Positions 55,356 to 64,000 of a stretch of 64,000 bases of DNA are shown here, in pieces (position 1 is the stretch's first letter; each line of letters begins with the position of its first letter). The notes under the pieces were generated by a model. It was not told where the DNA came from, did no database searches, and saw only the letters and a program-made list of their open reading frames with translations. Made by a program: the position numbers and the translations under genes. The DNA comes from Actinomycetes bacterium (lineage in GTDB: Bacteria; Actinomycetota; Actinomycetes; JACCUZ01), in the NCBI GenBank assembly GCA_038246545.1, contig JBBRVW010000005.1:21729-85728 (forward strand). Direction: 5' to 3'.

Positions 55356-55763
55356 GTGCCCAGCTGGTCGACCGAGACCTACCAGGCAGTCACGCTGGCG
55401 GCCGCGGCTGCGGCGGCAGTCAGCCTCCTGCTGCTGCTCGTCGTGCTCGCGCGACTGAGGGTCCTGACGAGGCGGGTACGCCGGGCCGGTCCCGCCGCCC
55501 GGGCGGCGACCGAGGCCGCCGGCCCCGACCCGCGCGCCCTGCGGCACGTGGCGGTCGTGCGGTACGACGCCTTCGGCGACATGGGCGGCCGGCTGTCGTT
55601 CTCGGCGGCGCTGCTCGACGACCAGGGCGACGGACTGGTGCTGTCATCGATCAACGGCCGGTCCGAGACACGCACGTACGCCAAGGCGCTGGTCGGCGGC
55701 CAGAGCGAGCACACCCTCTCGCCCGAGGAGCAGGAGGCGATCACCGCCGCCCGTCGCGGGTGA
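55356..55763 (+). CDS. DUF4446 family membrane protein
   Basis: N-terminal TM, VVRYDAFGDMGGRLSFS, SINGRSETRTYAK, LSPEE; GAGGA RBS. Confidence 0.88.
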   Translation: MPSWSTETYQAVTLAAAAAAAVSLLLLLVVLARLRVLTRRVRRAGPAARAATEAAGPDPRALRHVAVVRYDAFGDMGGRLSFSAALLDDQGDGLVLSSINGRSETRTYAKALVGGQSEHTLSPEEQEAITAARRG

Positions 55764-55858
55764 CCACGTGGTGGACGCCGACACATCGCCCGCCCCGGCG
55801 TGTCCGGTTCGCAGGCGGCGGCAGCGCGGGGTGGCGGGGCGCGGTTAGGGTCGCGGGC

Positions 55859-56812
55859 ATGCCTGGAGTCCCGCCCGCGCGCTACGCCTACCTCGGCCCC
55901 GAGGGCACCTTCGCCGAGGCCGCGCTGCGCACCCTGCCGGCGGCGGCCAAGGGCGACCTGCAGCCGCAGACGAGCGTGACCGCCGCGCTCGACGCGGTCC
56001 GCCGGGGCGAGGCCGACCACGCGCTGGTGCCCATCGAGAACTCCGTCGAGGGCTCGGTGTCGGCGACCCTCGACGAGCTCGCCGTCGGCGACCTGCTGAT
56101 GGTCACGCGCGAGGTCCTGCTCCCCGTGTCGTTCGCGCTGATGGCGCGGCCCGGCACCGGGCTGCACCAGGTACGCCGGGTGGCGACCCACCCGCACGCG
56201 GCCGCCCAGTGCCGCCGCTGGCTGGCGACCGCCCTGCCGGACGCCACCGTGGTTCCTGCGCTGTCGACCGCCGCGGCCGCCGCGGGCCTCGCCGACGGCA
56301 GCGCCAACCACGACGCCGCCATCGCCGCGCCGATCGCCGCCGACCGCTACCGGCTGGAGGTGCTGGCGCGCGACGTGGAGGACAACCCCGACGCCGTCAC
56401 CCGGTTCGTCATGGTGAGCCGGCCCGGCGAGCCGCCGCTGCCGACCGGCCACGACAAGACCTCGCTGGTGGCGTTCATCTCCGACGACCACCCGGGTGCC
56501 CTGCTCGAGGTCCTCACCGAGCTGTCGGTGCGCGGCGTCAACCTCACCCGGATCGAGTCCCGGCCCACCGGCGAGCGGCTCGGGCGCTACTGCTTCTCCA
56601 TCGACTGCGAGGGGCACGTGGACGACACCCGCCTGGGTGAGGCGCTGTCCGGCCTGCGCCGGATCTGTCCGGACGTGCGGTTCCTCGGGTCGTACCCGCG
56701 CGCGGACCGCGGGCCGGCCGCCGAGGCCGCGGAGGCCGACGCCGCGGCGAAGGACGCGGTCTACCGCGACGCCTCGGCCTGGCTCGGCCGGATCCGCACC
56801 GGCCGGTCCTGA
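55859..56812 (+). CDS. pheA: Prephenate dehydratase
   Basis: YLGPEGTF, PIENSVEG, TRF, ACT domain with NLTRIESRPT, FLGSYP. Confidence 0.96.
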   Translation: MPGVPPARYAYLGPEGTFAEAALRTLPAAAKGDLQPQTSVTAALDAVRRGEADHALVPIENSVEGSVSATLDELAVGDLLMVTREVLLPVSFALMARPGTGLHQVRRVATHPHAAAQCRRWLATALPDATVVPALSTAAAAAGLADGSANHDAAIAAPIAADRYRLEVLARDVEDNPDAVTRFVMVSRPGEPPLPTGHDKTSLVAFISDDHPGALLEVLTELSVRGVNLTRIESRPTGERLGRYCFSIDCEGHVDDTRLGEALSGLRRICPDVRFLGSYPRADRGPAAEAAEADAAAKDAVYRDASAWLGRIRTGRS

Positions 56813-56838
56813 CCGGAGCGCGTCACGTCGCTCAGTCG

Positions 56839-57824
56839 CTAGGAACCTTCGCGCGCGACCGCCTCGGCGCGGCCTGCCTCGGGGTCGCCCGGGTCGGCGT
56901 CGCGCACCCCGGCCCGGACCGCCTCGAGCTGTGCGGCGAAGGCGATGCCGAGGAACAGGGCGATCGAGGTAAGGTAGGCCCAGAGCAGCAACGCCATCAC
57001 CCCGGTCAACGGGCCGTATGTCGACCCGAACGACCCGCTCTTCGCGACGTACAGGGACAGCGCGTAGGTGAAGACGATCCACAGCACCAGCGAGACGCCG
57101 GCGCCGATGCCCACCCACGACCAGCCGGGCTGCCGCCGGCGCGGCGCCTTCTCGACGATGATCGCGAACGCGCCGAAGGCGAGCAGGACGCCCACCGGGA
57201 AGCGCAGTGCCTGCCAGACGTGCAACCCGAAGCCCTGCCAGTGGTAGGTCTGGGCCAGAACGTCGCCGACCGTACCGCCCGCGATGATGATGAGGAAGCC
57301 GATGATCGACAGCAGCCCCGCCGAGAGCGCCATCAGGACGGCGCGGCCGTACTTCTGCAGGGGTGGCCGGTCACGCTCGATGCCGTAGATGCGGTTTGCG
57401 CCGCGCTCCACCTGGCCCATCGAGGTGGTCAGCGCGAGGAGCGCGACCGCGAGGCCGGCCCACAGCGCCAGCGCTCCGCCGCTACCGGCCTGTCCCGAGC
57501 CCTGGTCGAGGGTTTTCTGCACGATCTCGTCCGTGCTTCCGGGCGTGATCCGGAGCAGAACCTCGCGGAGCACCCCGCCCGGTTCTGCGCGTGGATCGTG
57601 CTGGACAGCCCGATGAACGCGATGCCCAGCGGGATCAGCGACAGGACCAGCTGCAGCGCCAGCGCCCGTGCGTGGCTGAAGCCGTCGCCGTAGCGGAACC
57701 GCACGAAGGAGGACTTGACCAGGTGCAGCCGCCCGTAGTGGCGGAGCACCTCGCGGGCGTCGTCGGAGGTCGTGTCGGCGAAGCTCATCGTGCGGGTCTG
57801 CGGCACCCGCGCCACGGACGGCAC
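56839..57824 (-). pseudogene. YihY/BrkB family membrane protein with a frameshift near 57580
   Basis: N-terminal half (RFRYGDGFSHARALA) is in ORF 57429..57824; C-terminal half (GQVERGANRIYG, TYGPL, LLWAYL) is in a different frame. Junction: CAG AAC CGG GCG GGG TG. Confidence 0.8.
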
Positions 57825-57827
57825 CTG

Positions 57828-58709
57828 TCACGCCACCTTGACGATGAGCGCGCCCGGCTCGATCCGGATGTCCATGACCTTTCCGGGCTCGATGACGTCG
57901 CCGTCGAGCTGGCGCGGCTGCGCGTGGCTGGCCTCGACCAGGACGTGCTTCGCCGTGAACCGCTCGATGCGCCGGTCCGGGACGTCGGCGCGGCGCATGA
58001 CGCGGCCGCCCACCCGCACCCAGTCGACGACGTTGCGGATCGAGATGGTCACGACGTCCAGGACACCGTCGTCGGGTTTCGCGTCGGGCAGCAGCGGGAT
58101 GTTGCCCTGCAGCTTGCCGACGTTGCCGACCACCACGGTTCGGACGCGCCGGTGGATCGGCGTGCCGTCGTCGAGGGTCAGCGTGATGCGCATGCCTCGT
58201 CCGCGCAGGTGCTTGGCAGCCGAGACGACGTACGCCGGCCAGCCGACGGTCTTCTTCAGCCCCTCCGGGGCATCGCGCATGATCGCGGCGTCGAAGCCGA
58301 GGCCGGCCATGACCACGAACTTGCGGTCGGCGACCCCGGCGACGTCGATCTTCCGGTCGCGGCCGGACAGGCCGATGCGCAGGCACTCCTCCTCGTCGTT
58401 CAGCGGGAGGTCGAGGTTGCGGGCGAGCAGGTTGCCGGTGCCGGTGGGCAGGATCGCGAGCGGCACGCCGGAGGACGCCATCGCGGTTGCTGCGGCCATG
58501 ACAGTGCCGTCGCCGCCGGCGACGAACACGAGGTCGCAGCCCTCGTCGATCGCCTGCCGGCACATGCCGGTGCCCGGGTCCTCGACGGAGGTCTCCAGCC
58601 ACAGCGGCGGCTCCCAGCCGTGCTGTGCCATGAAGGGTTCGACCCGCTGCCTCAGCGGGTCGAGGTCGGTGACCTTCGTAGGGTTGTAGACGACTGCCGC
58701 GCGCTTCAC
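57828..58709 (-). CDS. Soluble diacylglycerol kinase family lipid kinase (YegS/BmrU-like)
   Basis: YNP, AGGDGT, LPTGTGNLLARNL, GLGFDA, PDDGVLD, QLDGD. Confidence 0.92.
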   Translation of the reverse strand: MKRAAVVYNPTKVTDLDPLRQRVEPFMAQHGWEPPLWLETSVEDPGTGMCRQAIDEGCDLVFVAGGDGTVMAAATAMASSGVPLAILPTGTGNLLARNLDLPLNDEEECLRIGLSGRDRKIDVAGVADRKFVVMAGLGFDAAIMRDAPEGLKKTVGWPAYVVSAAKHLRGRGMRITLTLDDGTPIHRRVRTVVVGNVGKLQGNIPLLPDAKPDDGVLDVVTISIRNVVDWVRVGGRVMRRADVPDRRIERFTAKHVLVEASHAQPRQLDGDVIEPGKVMDIRIEPGALIVKVA

Positions 58710-59446
58710 CTGGCCCCCGCCGCCACGGGGGCCTCCTGAGGGTCCGCCGGGTCGCGCTCCAGCTGACAGAACCGCGCCAACGGCCCGCGGGCGAGGATCA
58801 GCCCGGCGGCGATGGCGATGGTGATCCCGCCGTTGAGGTAGGCGGCGAGGACGTCGGACAGGTGGTGGGCACCCCGGTACAGCCGGCTGAGCGCGACCAG
58901 CAGCGGCACGGCGAGGAAGACCGTGACCGCAAGGGTGCGCAGCCAGCGCTTGCGGACGTACCAGGCGACGAGCAGCGCGCTGCCGGCGAACAGGGCGGTT
59001 GCCGCCCCGGTGTGACCACTGGGATAGCTCGACGTCGGGATGCCGCTGTCGAGGCGCTTGACGTCGGGCCGAGGCCGCTTCACCGCGAACTGGACGCACA
59101 GGAAGACCAATGCCTGGCCGGCCACGGCGACCAACAGGAAGATCGAGGGTCGCCACTTCCTCATGGCCAGAGCGAGGGCGACCGCTACCACCACGAGGGC
59201 ACCGACGATCGCCGCCGTGTTGCCGAGGCCGGACAGGATGTCGCTGACCCGGTTCAGGCCGGGGTCACGGTTGTCGGCCAGGTCGGTGTTGAGGTCGTTC
59301 TCCGACGTCAGCCAGGCGTCACCCTTGAAGGTCCTGGTGAGCAGCAGGCCGATGCCGAGCAGGAGCAGGTAGTCGAGGGCGAGCAGGAGCAGCACGATCC
59401 CGGCGGTGCGGGTGATGCTCGCCTTCGTGGAGGTGCGGGCCTTCAT
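58706..59446 (-). CDS. PAP2 family lipid phosphatase
   Basis: KRPRP, SYPSGH, SRLYRGAHHLSD. Confidence 0.9.
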   Translation of the reverse strand: MKARTSTKASITRTAGIVLLLLALDYLLLLGIGLLLTRTFKGDAWLTSENDLNTDLADNRDPGLNRVSDILSGLGNTAAIVGALVVVAVALALAMRKWRPSIFLLVAVAGQALVFLCVQFAVKRPRPDVKRLDSGIPTSSYPSGHTGAATALFAGSALLVAWYVRKRWLRTLAVTVFLAVPLLVALSRLYRGAHHLSDVLAAYLNGGITIAIAAGLILARGPLARFCQLERDPADPQEAPVAAGAR

Positions 59447-59501
59447 GGCAGGGTGACTCGCTTCCTGGGGCGCCGACGCGGTGTCGGCAGGTGGCAGGGT
59501 G

Positions 59502-60320
59502 TCAGGTCTGGGGCTGGCGGTGCGCCTCCCCGATCTCGGGTCCCGCCTCCGGCTCCACCCCCTCGGCCACGGTCGACGGCCGGCGGCCCTGCTCGCGGCG
59601 CCAGATCTCGAACGCCGCCGAGGTGCCCGCGAGCACCGCCAGCGCGACCGCCCAGCCGGCCAGCACGTCGCTGACGAAGTGCACCCCGAGCGCGACCCGG
59701 TCGAAGCCGGTGAGCAGCACCACGAGCGCGCCGAGGAGGTACGCCAGCAGGCGGCCGGTGCGGTTCAGCACCGGCAGGAAGACCAGGACGAGGACTCCGA
59801 CGCCGAGCATGGAGTTCAGCGCGTGGCCGCTCGGGAAGCTGTAGCCGCTCGCGTGCGCGACCGGCTCCGGGAAGGCCGGCCGGGCCCGGGCGACGATGAT
59901 CTTGAGAACGATACCCAGCAGCCCGCCCACCGCCATCGTGACGACGGCCCAGCCGGCCAGCCGCTTGGCCCCGCGGCGCCACAACCAGACCGCGACGCCG
60001 AGGACCAGGAGCCGGAACACCCACGGCTCGAGGGCCACCGCGGCGATGTCCAGCAGGTGCACCAGGGTCCCGTCGCCGCGGGTCACCGAGTTCAGCGAGT
60101 CGGCCGTCGACCGGTCGAGGTCCTCCAGCGGCTGCCAGGACGACTCGACGAGCAGCAGCAGCAGGACGAGCGGCACGGACACCAGCACCGCCACCACCGC
60201 GCCGAGCGCGAGCCGGGCGCCGATCGACCGCTGGGGCTCCGTGCCGGGCTTCCGCTCGTCGACCGGGCGGTACAGGAGGTTGCGCACCCGGGCGACGTAC
60301 CCCGCGGGACCGCGTCGCAT
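59502..60320 (-). CDS. PAP2 family lipid phosphatase
   Basis: [27 protein letters not shown]. Start may be GTG 60287. Confidence 0.9.
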   Translation of the reverse strand: MRRGPAGYVARVRNLLYRPVDERKPGTEPQRSIGARLALGAVVAVLVSVPLVLLLLLVESSWQPLEDLDRSTADSLNSVTRGDGTLVHLLDIAAVALEPWVFRLLVLGVAVWLWRRGAKRLAGWAVVTMAVGGLLGIVLKIIVARARPAFPEPVAHASGYSFPSGHALNSMLGVGVLVLVFLPVLNRTGRLLAYLLGALVVLLTGFDRVALGVHFVSDVLAGWAVALAVLAGTSAAFEIWRREQGRRPSTVAEGVEPEAGPEIGEAHRQPQT

Positions 60321-60413
60321 GCGGCTGGAATGGCAGGCGTCCGGCTTGTGGGGCATTGCGCCGGAGGCGGTAGTCGTTGGCCGGCGCGGCGACCGCCTGG
60401 ATACGCTCGCCGG

Positions 60414-61682
60414 GTGCTGGACCTCAGGATGCTGCGGGACGACCCGGAGGCCGTGCGCGCCTCGCAACGAGCCCGTCGCGAGGACCCGGGCATCGTCGAC
60501 GAGGTTCTCGCGGCCGACGAGCGCCGCCGCGCCGCCATCCTCAGGTACGAGCAGGCCCGGGGCGAGCAGAAGGACCTGGGCCGCCAGGTGGCCGGGGCCA
60601 CCGGTGACGACCGGGCCGTGCTGCTGACCCGTACCAAGGGCCTGGCCGCCGAGGTGAAGGCGGCGGACGCCGACTCGGGCGCAGCGCTGGCCGAGTTCAC
60701 CGCGCTGATGGGCCGGCTCTCCAACGTCATCGAGCCGGGCGTCCCCGAGGGCGGCGAGGACGACTACGCCGTGCTCGAGCACGTCGGCCAGCCGCGCGAG
60801 CTGGACTTCGAACCGCTCGACCACCTCGAGCTCGGGCAGCGGCTCGGCGCCATCGACACCGAGCGCGGTGCGAAGGTGTCCGGCGCGCGGTTCTACTACC
60901 TGACCGGTGTCGGCGCGCAGCTGCAGCTGGCGATGCTCAACCTGGCGATGGCCCAGGCCGCCGACGCCGGGTTCGTGCCGGTGGTCCCGCCGGTGCTGGT
61001 GAAGCCGGAGGCGATGGAGGGCACCGGCTTCCTCGCCCAGGCCGCCGAGAACGTCTACCACCTGCCGGACGAGGACCTGTACCTCGTCGGTACCTCCGAG
61101 GTGCCGCTGGCGGCGTACCACATGGACGAGGTCATCGACGCCGACCGGCTGCCGCTGCGGTATGCCGGCTGGTCGACCTGCTTCCGCAAGGAGGCCGGGT
61201 CGTACGGGAAGGACACCCGCGGCATCCTGCGCGTCCACCAGTTCGACAAGATCGAGATGTTCTCCTACTGCGCTCCCGAGGACGCTGCTGCCGAGCACCA
61301 GCGGCTGCTCGGCTGGGAGCGCGAGATGCTAGCGAAGGTTGAGGTGCCCTACCGGATCATCGACGTCGCGGCCGGCGACCTCGGCGGCTCGGCGGCGCGC
61401 AAGTACGACTGCGAGGCGTGGGTGCCGACCCAGGGCCGCTACCGCGAGCTCACCTCGACGTCCAACTGCACGACCTTCCAGGCCCGCCGGCTGCGGGTGC
61501 GGCTGCGCGACGCCGACGGCACCCGGCCGCTGGCCACGCTCAACGGGACCCTGGCCACCACCCGGTGGATCGTCGCGATCCTCGAGAACCACCAGCAGGC
61601 CGACGGCTCGGTCGTGGTGCCCCAGGCGCTGCGGCCGTTCCTCGGCGGCCGCGAGGTCCTCGAGCCGGTCGCGAAGGCGTAG
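60414..61682 (+). CDS. serS: Serine--tRNA ligase
   Basis: [51 protein letters not shown]; leaderless GTG after TACGCT. Confidence 0.97.
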   Translation: MLDLRMLRDDPEAVRASQRARREDPGIVDEVLAADERRRAAILRYEQARGEQKDLGRQVAGATGDDRAVLLTRTKGLAAEVKAADADSGAALAEFTALMGRLSNVIEPGVPEGGEDDYAVLEHVGQPRELDFEPLDHLELGQRLGAIDTERGAKVSGARFYYLTGVGAQLQLAMLNLAMAQAADAGFVPVVPPVLVKPEAMEGTGFLAQAAENVYHLPDEDLYLVGTSEVPLAAYHMDEVIDADRLPLRYAGWSTCFRKEAGSYGKDTRGILRVHQFDKIEMFSYCAPEDAAAEHQRLLGWEREMLAKVEVPYRIIDVAAGDLGGSAARKYDCEAWVPTQGRYRELTSTSNCTTFQARRLRVRLRDADGTRPLATLNGTLATTRWIVAILENHQQADGSVVVPQALRPFLGGREVLEPVAKA

Positions 61683-61691
61683 GCCGTCGTC

Positions 61692-62807
61692 GTGGCGGAC
61701 CGGGTCGGTGTCGACGGCCCCACGGACGGTCCCACCGCCGCCGAGCTGCGGGCCGGCTGCGACCGGTTCCTGCTCGGGCACGGCGAGCGGTCGCCGGCCA
61801 CGGTGCTGGCCGAGGTCCACGACGTCCTCGGCGACGTCGAGCCGGACCGCTACGGGGACGGCGGCGTCGTCACCGAGCTCGAGACCGAGGTCGCCGCTCT
61901 GCTCGGGAAGCCCGCGGCGGTCCTGATGCCGAGCGGCACGATGGCCCAGCAGATCGCGCTGCGCGTGCACGCCGACCGCACCGGCCGTCGCACCGTCCTG
62001 TGGCACCCGACCTGTCACCTTGCCCTGCACGAGGACCAGGCCGTCGAGCGGCTGCACGGGTTGCACCCGCGGCCGGTCGGCGACCCGCGGCGCCTGATCG
62101 AGCTGTCCGACCTCGAGGAGGTCGCGGAGCACGCCGGCACCCTGCTGCTCGAGCTGCCGCAGCGCGAGATCGGCGGTCAGCTGCCGTCGTGGGACGACCT
62201 GGTGGCCCAGACCGCGCTGGCCCGCTCGCACGGGACCGCCCGGCACCTCGACGGGGCCAGGCTGCTCGAGTCGCTGCCGTTCTACGGGCGCCCCGCGGCC
62301 GAGGTCGCCGCCCTGTTCGACTCGGTCTACCTCTCGCTCTACAAGGGGCTCGGCGGCATCGCGGGCTGCGTGCTCGCCGGCGACGAGCAGCTCGTCGCCG
62401 AGGCGCGTGAGTGGCGGCACCGGCACGGCGGAACGCTGTTCGGGCTCTGGCCCTACGCCGCCGCCGGGCTGGCCGGCCTACGGCTGCGCGGCCCGCGGAT
62501 GCCGGCGTACGTCCAGCATGCGACGGCGATCGCGGCGGCGCTGGCCGGGCTCGACGGGGTGCGGCTGGTGCCCGACCCGCCGCAGGCGCAGATGGTGCAC
62601 CTGCACGTCGACCGGCCGGCCGACGACCTGCTCGCCGGTGTCCGGCGGGTGGCCGCCGAGCGGAAGGTCTGGACCTGGTCGTTCACGTTCCCCGCCGAGA
62701 CGCCGGGCTGGTCGGTGGTCGAGCTCTCGGTCGGCGACGCGACACTGGACTTCACCCCCACTGAGGTGCGCGAGGTCGTGGCTGCGGTCATGGGCGCCAC
62801 GTCGTGA
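61692..62807 (+). CDS. Low-specificity threonine aldolase family (beta-eliminating lyase)
   Basis: DRYG, MPSGTMAQQIAL, HLDGARL, SLYKGLGG. Confidence 0.88.
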   Translation: MADRVGVDGPTDGPTAAELRAGCDRFLLGHGERSPATVLAEVHDVLGDVEPDRYGDGGVVTELETEVAALLGKPAAVLMPSGTMAQQIALRVHADRTGRRTVLWHPTCHLALHEDQAVERLHGLHPRPVGDPRRLIELSDLEEVAEHAGTLLLELPQREIGGQLPSWDDLVAQTALARSHGTARHLDGARLLESLPFYGRPAAEVAALFDSVYLSLYKGLGGIAGCVLAGDEQLVAEAREWRHRHGGTLFGLWPYAAAGLAGLRLRGPRMPAYVQHATAIAAALAGLDGVRLVPDPPQAQMVHLHVDRPADDLLAGVRRVAAERKVWTWSFTFPAETPGWSVVELSVGDATLDFTPTEVREVVAAVMGATS

Positions 62808-64000
62808 CCGGCTCCGTCCAGGTGCGCCCGTCGTCGTCCGAGACCAGGGTGTCCAGGTAGATCCGCCCGTCGTGCACGGTGAGGTCCAGGCCCAGGCCCG
62901 ACGAGTCCACGACCTGCCGCCCGTCCTGGTGCACCGGCTCGAACGCCCCGCGCGTGAGACTGTCGGCGCGCCAGACGGTCAGGCCAGGACGTCCGGTGAG
63001 CTCGCGGTACGACCAGGCCAGCAGGCCGCCGTCCGGGGTCCGCGCGAACCGCGGGAAGAATCCGGGCTCGTTCGGGTGACCCTGCTCGCCCATCTCGCGC
63101 CGGGTGAGGGGCAGCCACGGACGGCTCCCCACCTTCCGCAGGTTGCCGGACGCGCGGTCGGGGACGGTGAAGATGTCGACTCGGTCCGACCACTGCGGCC
63201 AGTGGAAGTACGTCGGGGTGTCGTCGTCCGAGAGCGACGCGACCGGTCCGAGCTGCGGGGTCTGCGGCAGGTCGGCGTACGTCCGGCCGCCGGAGCCGGC
63301 CCACCAGGCCCGGTCGTAGCCCTCCAGGGGGCCGCTGGTCGCCGAGTAGACGTACTCGATGCCCCAGGGCCGCTGTCCGAGGCTCGGCCGCCCCATCGAC
63401 CGGCCGACGACCCAGGTCGCCGGCAGCGGCGCGGCGGTGGCGCTGCGCACGTCGAGCACGCACCAGCCGGCCTCGCCCTTGTCGTGCCCGATGACCGGGT
63501 CGGTCAGGTTGCGGTCGCACTGGTACACCAGGCCCGGGTCCTTCGTGCTGCGCTGCTCGCCGACCATCCGCACCGGTCGCAGCCTGCCGTCCACGGTCAG
63601 CAGCCGCTGCCGGGCGTTCGACTCGTCGTTGAGCAGGAACGCGTGGCCGCTCGTCCGCGTGATCGACTGGACGTTGATCTGCTGGGGGCGCAGGTAGGTC
63701 GTCGTGTGGTAGCCGTCGTCGGTCACGGCGAGCGCCCGGAACGACGGGTGGGTCCGGCACTCGGAGCACGGCGGGCAGGCCAGGCAGGTGGTCTGCCACA
63801 GCGACACCCGCACGTCGGGGTCGTCGAAGGCTGCCACCCCCTGGAAGAGGACCGCGTTGTAGCTCAGCACGGTCTGCCGCGGCGTGAGCCGTCGGGCGCC
63901 GTCCCTCGGCTGGAAACGCCCGGTCGGCCGCTCGTCGCTCTGTGTCGGGCTGGGCTGCGGTCCGTGCGAGTCAGCCGGGTCCGGAGTCCGGCCGGTGAAG
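62788..64000 (-). CDS. Hypothetical extracellular protein, 5'-truncated, with C-terminal Asp-box
   Basis: Frame stays open to the window edge through a Pro/Ser/Thr-rich linker; CLACPPCSEC; terminal VSDDDGRTW Asp-box. Confidence 0.6.
   Translation of the reverse strand, partial: FTGRTPDPADSHGPQPSPTQSDERPTGRFQPRDGARRLTPRQTVLSYNAVLFQGVAAFDDPDVRVSLWQTTCLACPPCSECRTHPSFRALAVTDDGYHTTTYLRPQQINVQSITRTSGHAFLLNDESNARQRLLTVDGRLRPVRMVGEQRSTKDPGLVYQCDRNLTDPVIGHDKGEAGWCVLDVRSATAAPLPATWVVGRSMGRPSLGQRPWGIEYVYSATSGPLEGYDRAWWAGSGGRTYADLPQTPQLGPVASLSDDDTPTYFHWPQWSDRVDIFTVPDRASGNLRKVGSRPWLPLTRREMGEQGHPNEPGFFPRFARTPDGGLLAWSYRELTGRPGLTVWRADSLTRGAFEPVHQDGRQVVDSSGLGLDLTVHDGRIYLDTLVSDDDGRTWTEPVTTWRP

Noticed and set aside
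56839-58602. 587-aa kinase-YihY fusion
   Set aside because: The upstream part is an off-frame overlay on the lipid kinase gene. Only the 3' part is YihY, and its true N-terminus is in another frame.
59481-60413. N-terminal extension of SerRS (733-aa ORF)
   Set aside because: It is antisense to a PAP2 gene. The real start is the leaderless GTG at 60414.
1-64000. CRISPR arrays, tRNA/rRNA genes, IS elements, prophage or defence systems
   Set aside because: I found no regularly spaced repeats, cloverleaf motifs, or transposase, integrase or nuclease motifs. Intergenic gaps are short and mostly accounted for.

Overview
High-GC actinobacterial chromosomal segment. The right part holds housekeeping-type genes: GDPD, anti-sigma-like ATPase, DUF5926, arcA, larBC, pheA, serS and a threonine aldolase. 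Most of the window (about 2-44.7 kb) is one large cell-surface glycopolymer locus with four parts. (1) rmlACD (no rmlB), several GT4/GT2 enzymes, a Wzm/Wzt ABC exporter with a C-terminal Wzt domain, and a 1195-aa methyltransferase-GT2-GT4 protein. (2) A compositionally distinct decoration module: GT-C-like membrane protein, DPM1-like GT2 plus DUF2304, a WbiB-like epimerase and an eroded GT2 relic. (3) A pseudaminic-acid-type nonulosonate pathway (pseB, pseC, pseG-like, pseI-like, SpsF/PseF-like) with no pseH acetyltransferase. It instead carries an unusual tailoring set: a cytidylyltransferase fused to a class-III aminotransferase, a GH57-fold protein, a methyltransferase, an IolB/KduI-type isomerase, an ATP-grasp ligase, two SDRs and an aldo-keto reductase. 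(4) An orphan candidate transferase, a Wzx flippase and a clan-A glycoside hydrolase lipoprotein. The best candidate for an undescribed system is part 3: an ATP-grasp-based route to a non-acetyl-modified pseudaminic acid on an actinobacterial wall glycan. Also seen: a candidate sRNA after DUF5926, many leaderless promoters, and a frameshifted yihY. I saw no rRNA, tRNA, CRISPR array or transposase. All calls come from reading motifs by eye; no searches were run, and start codons were refined by eye.
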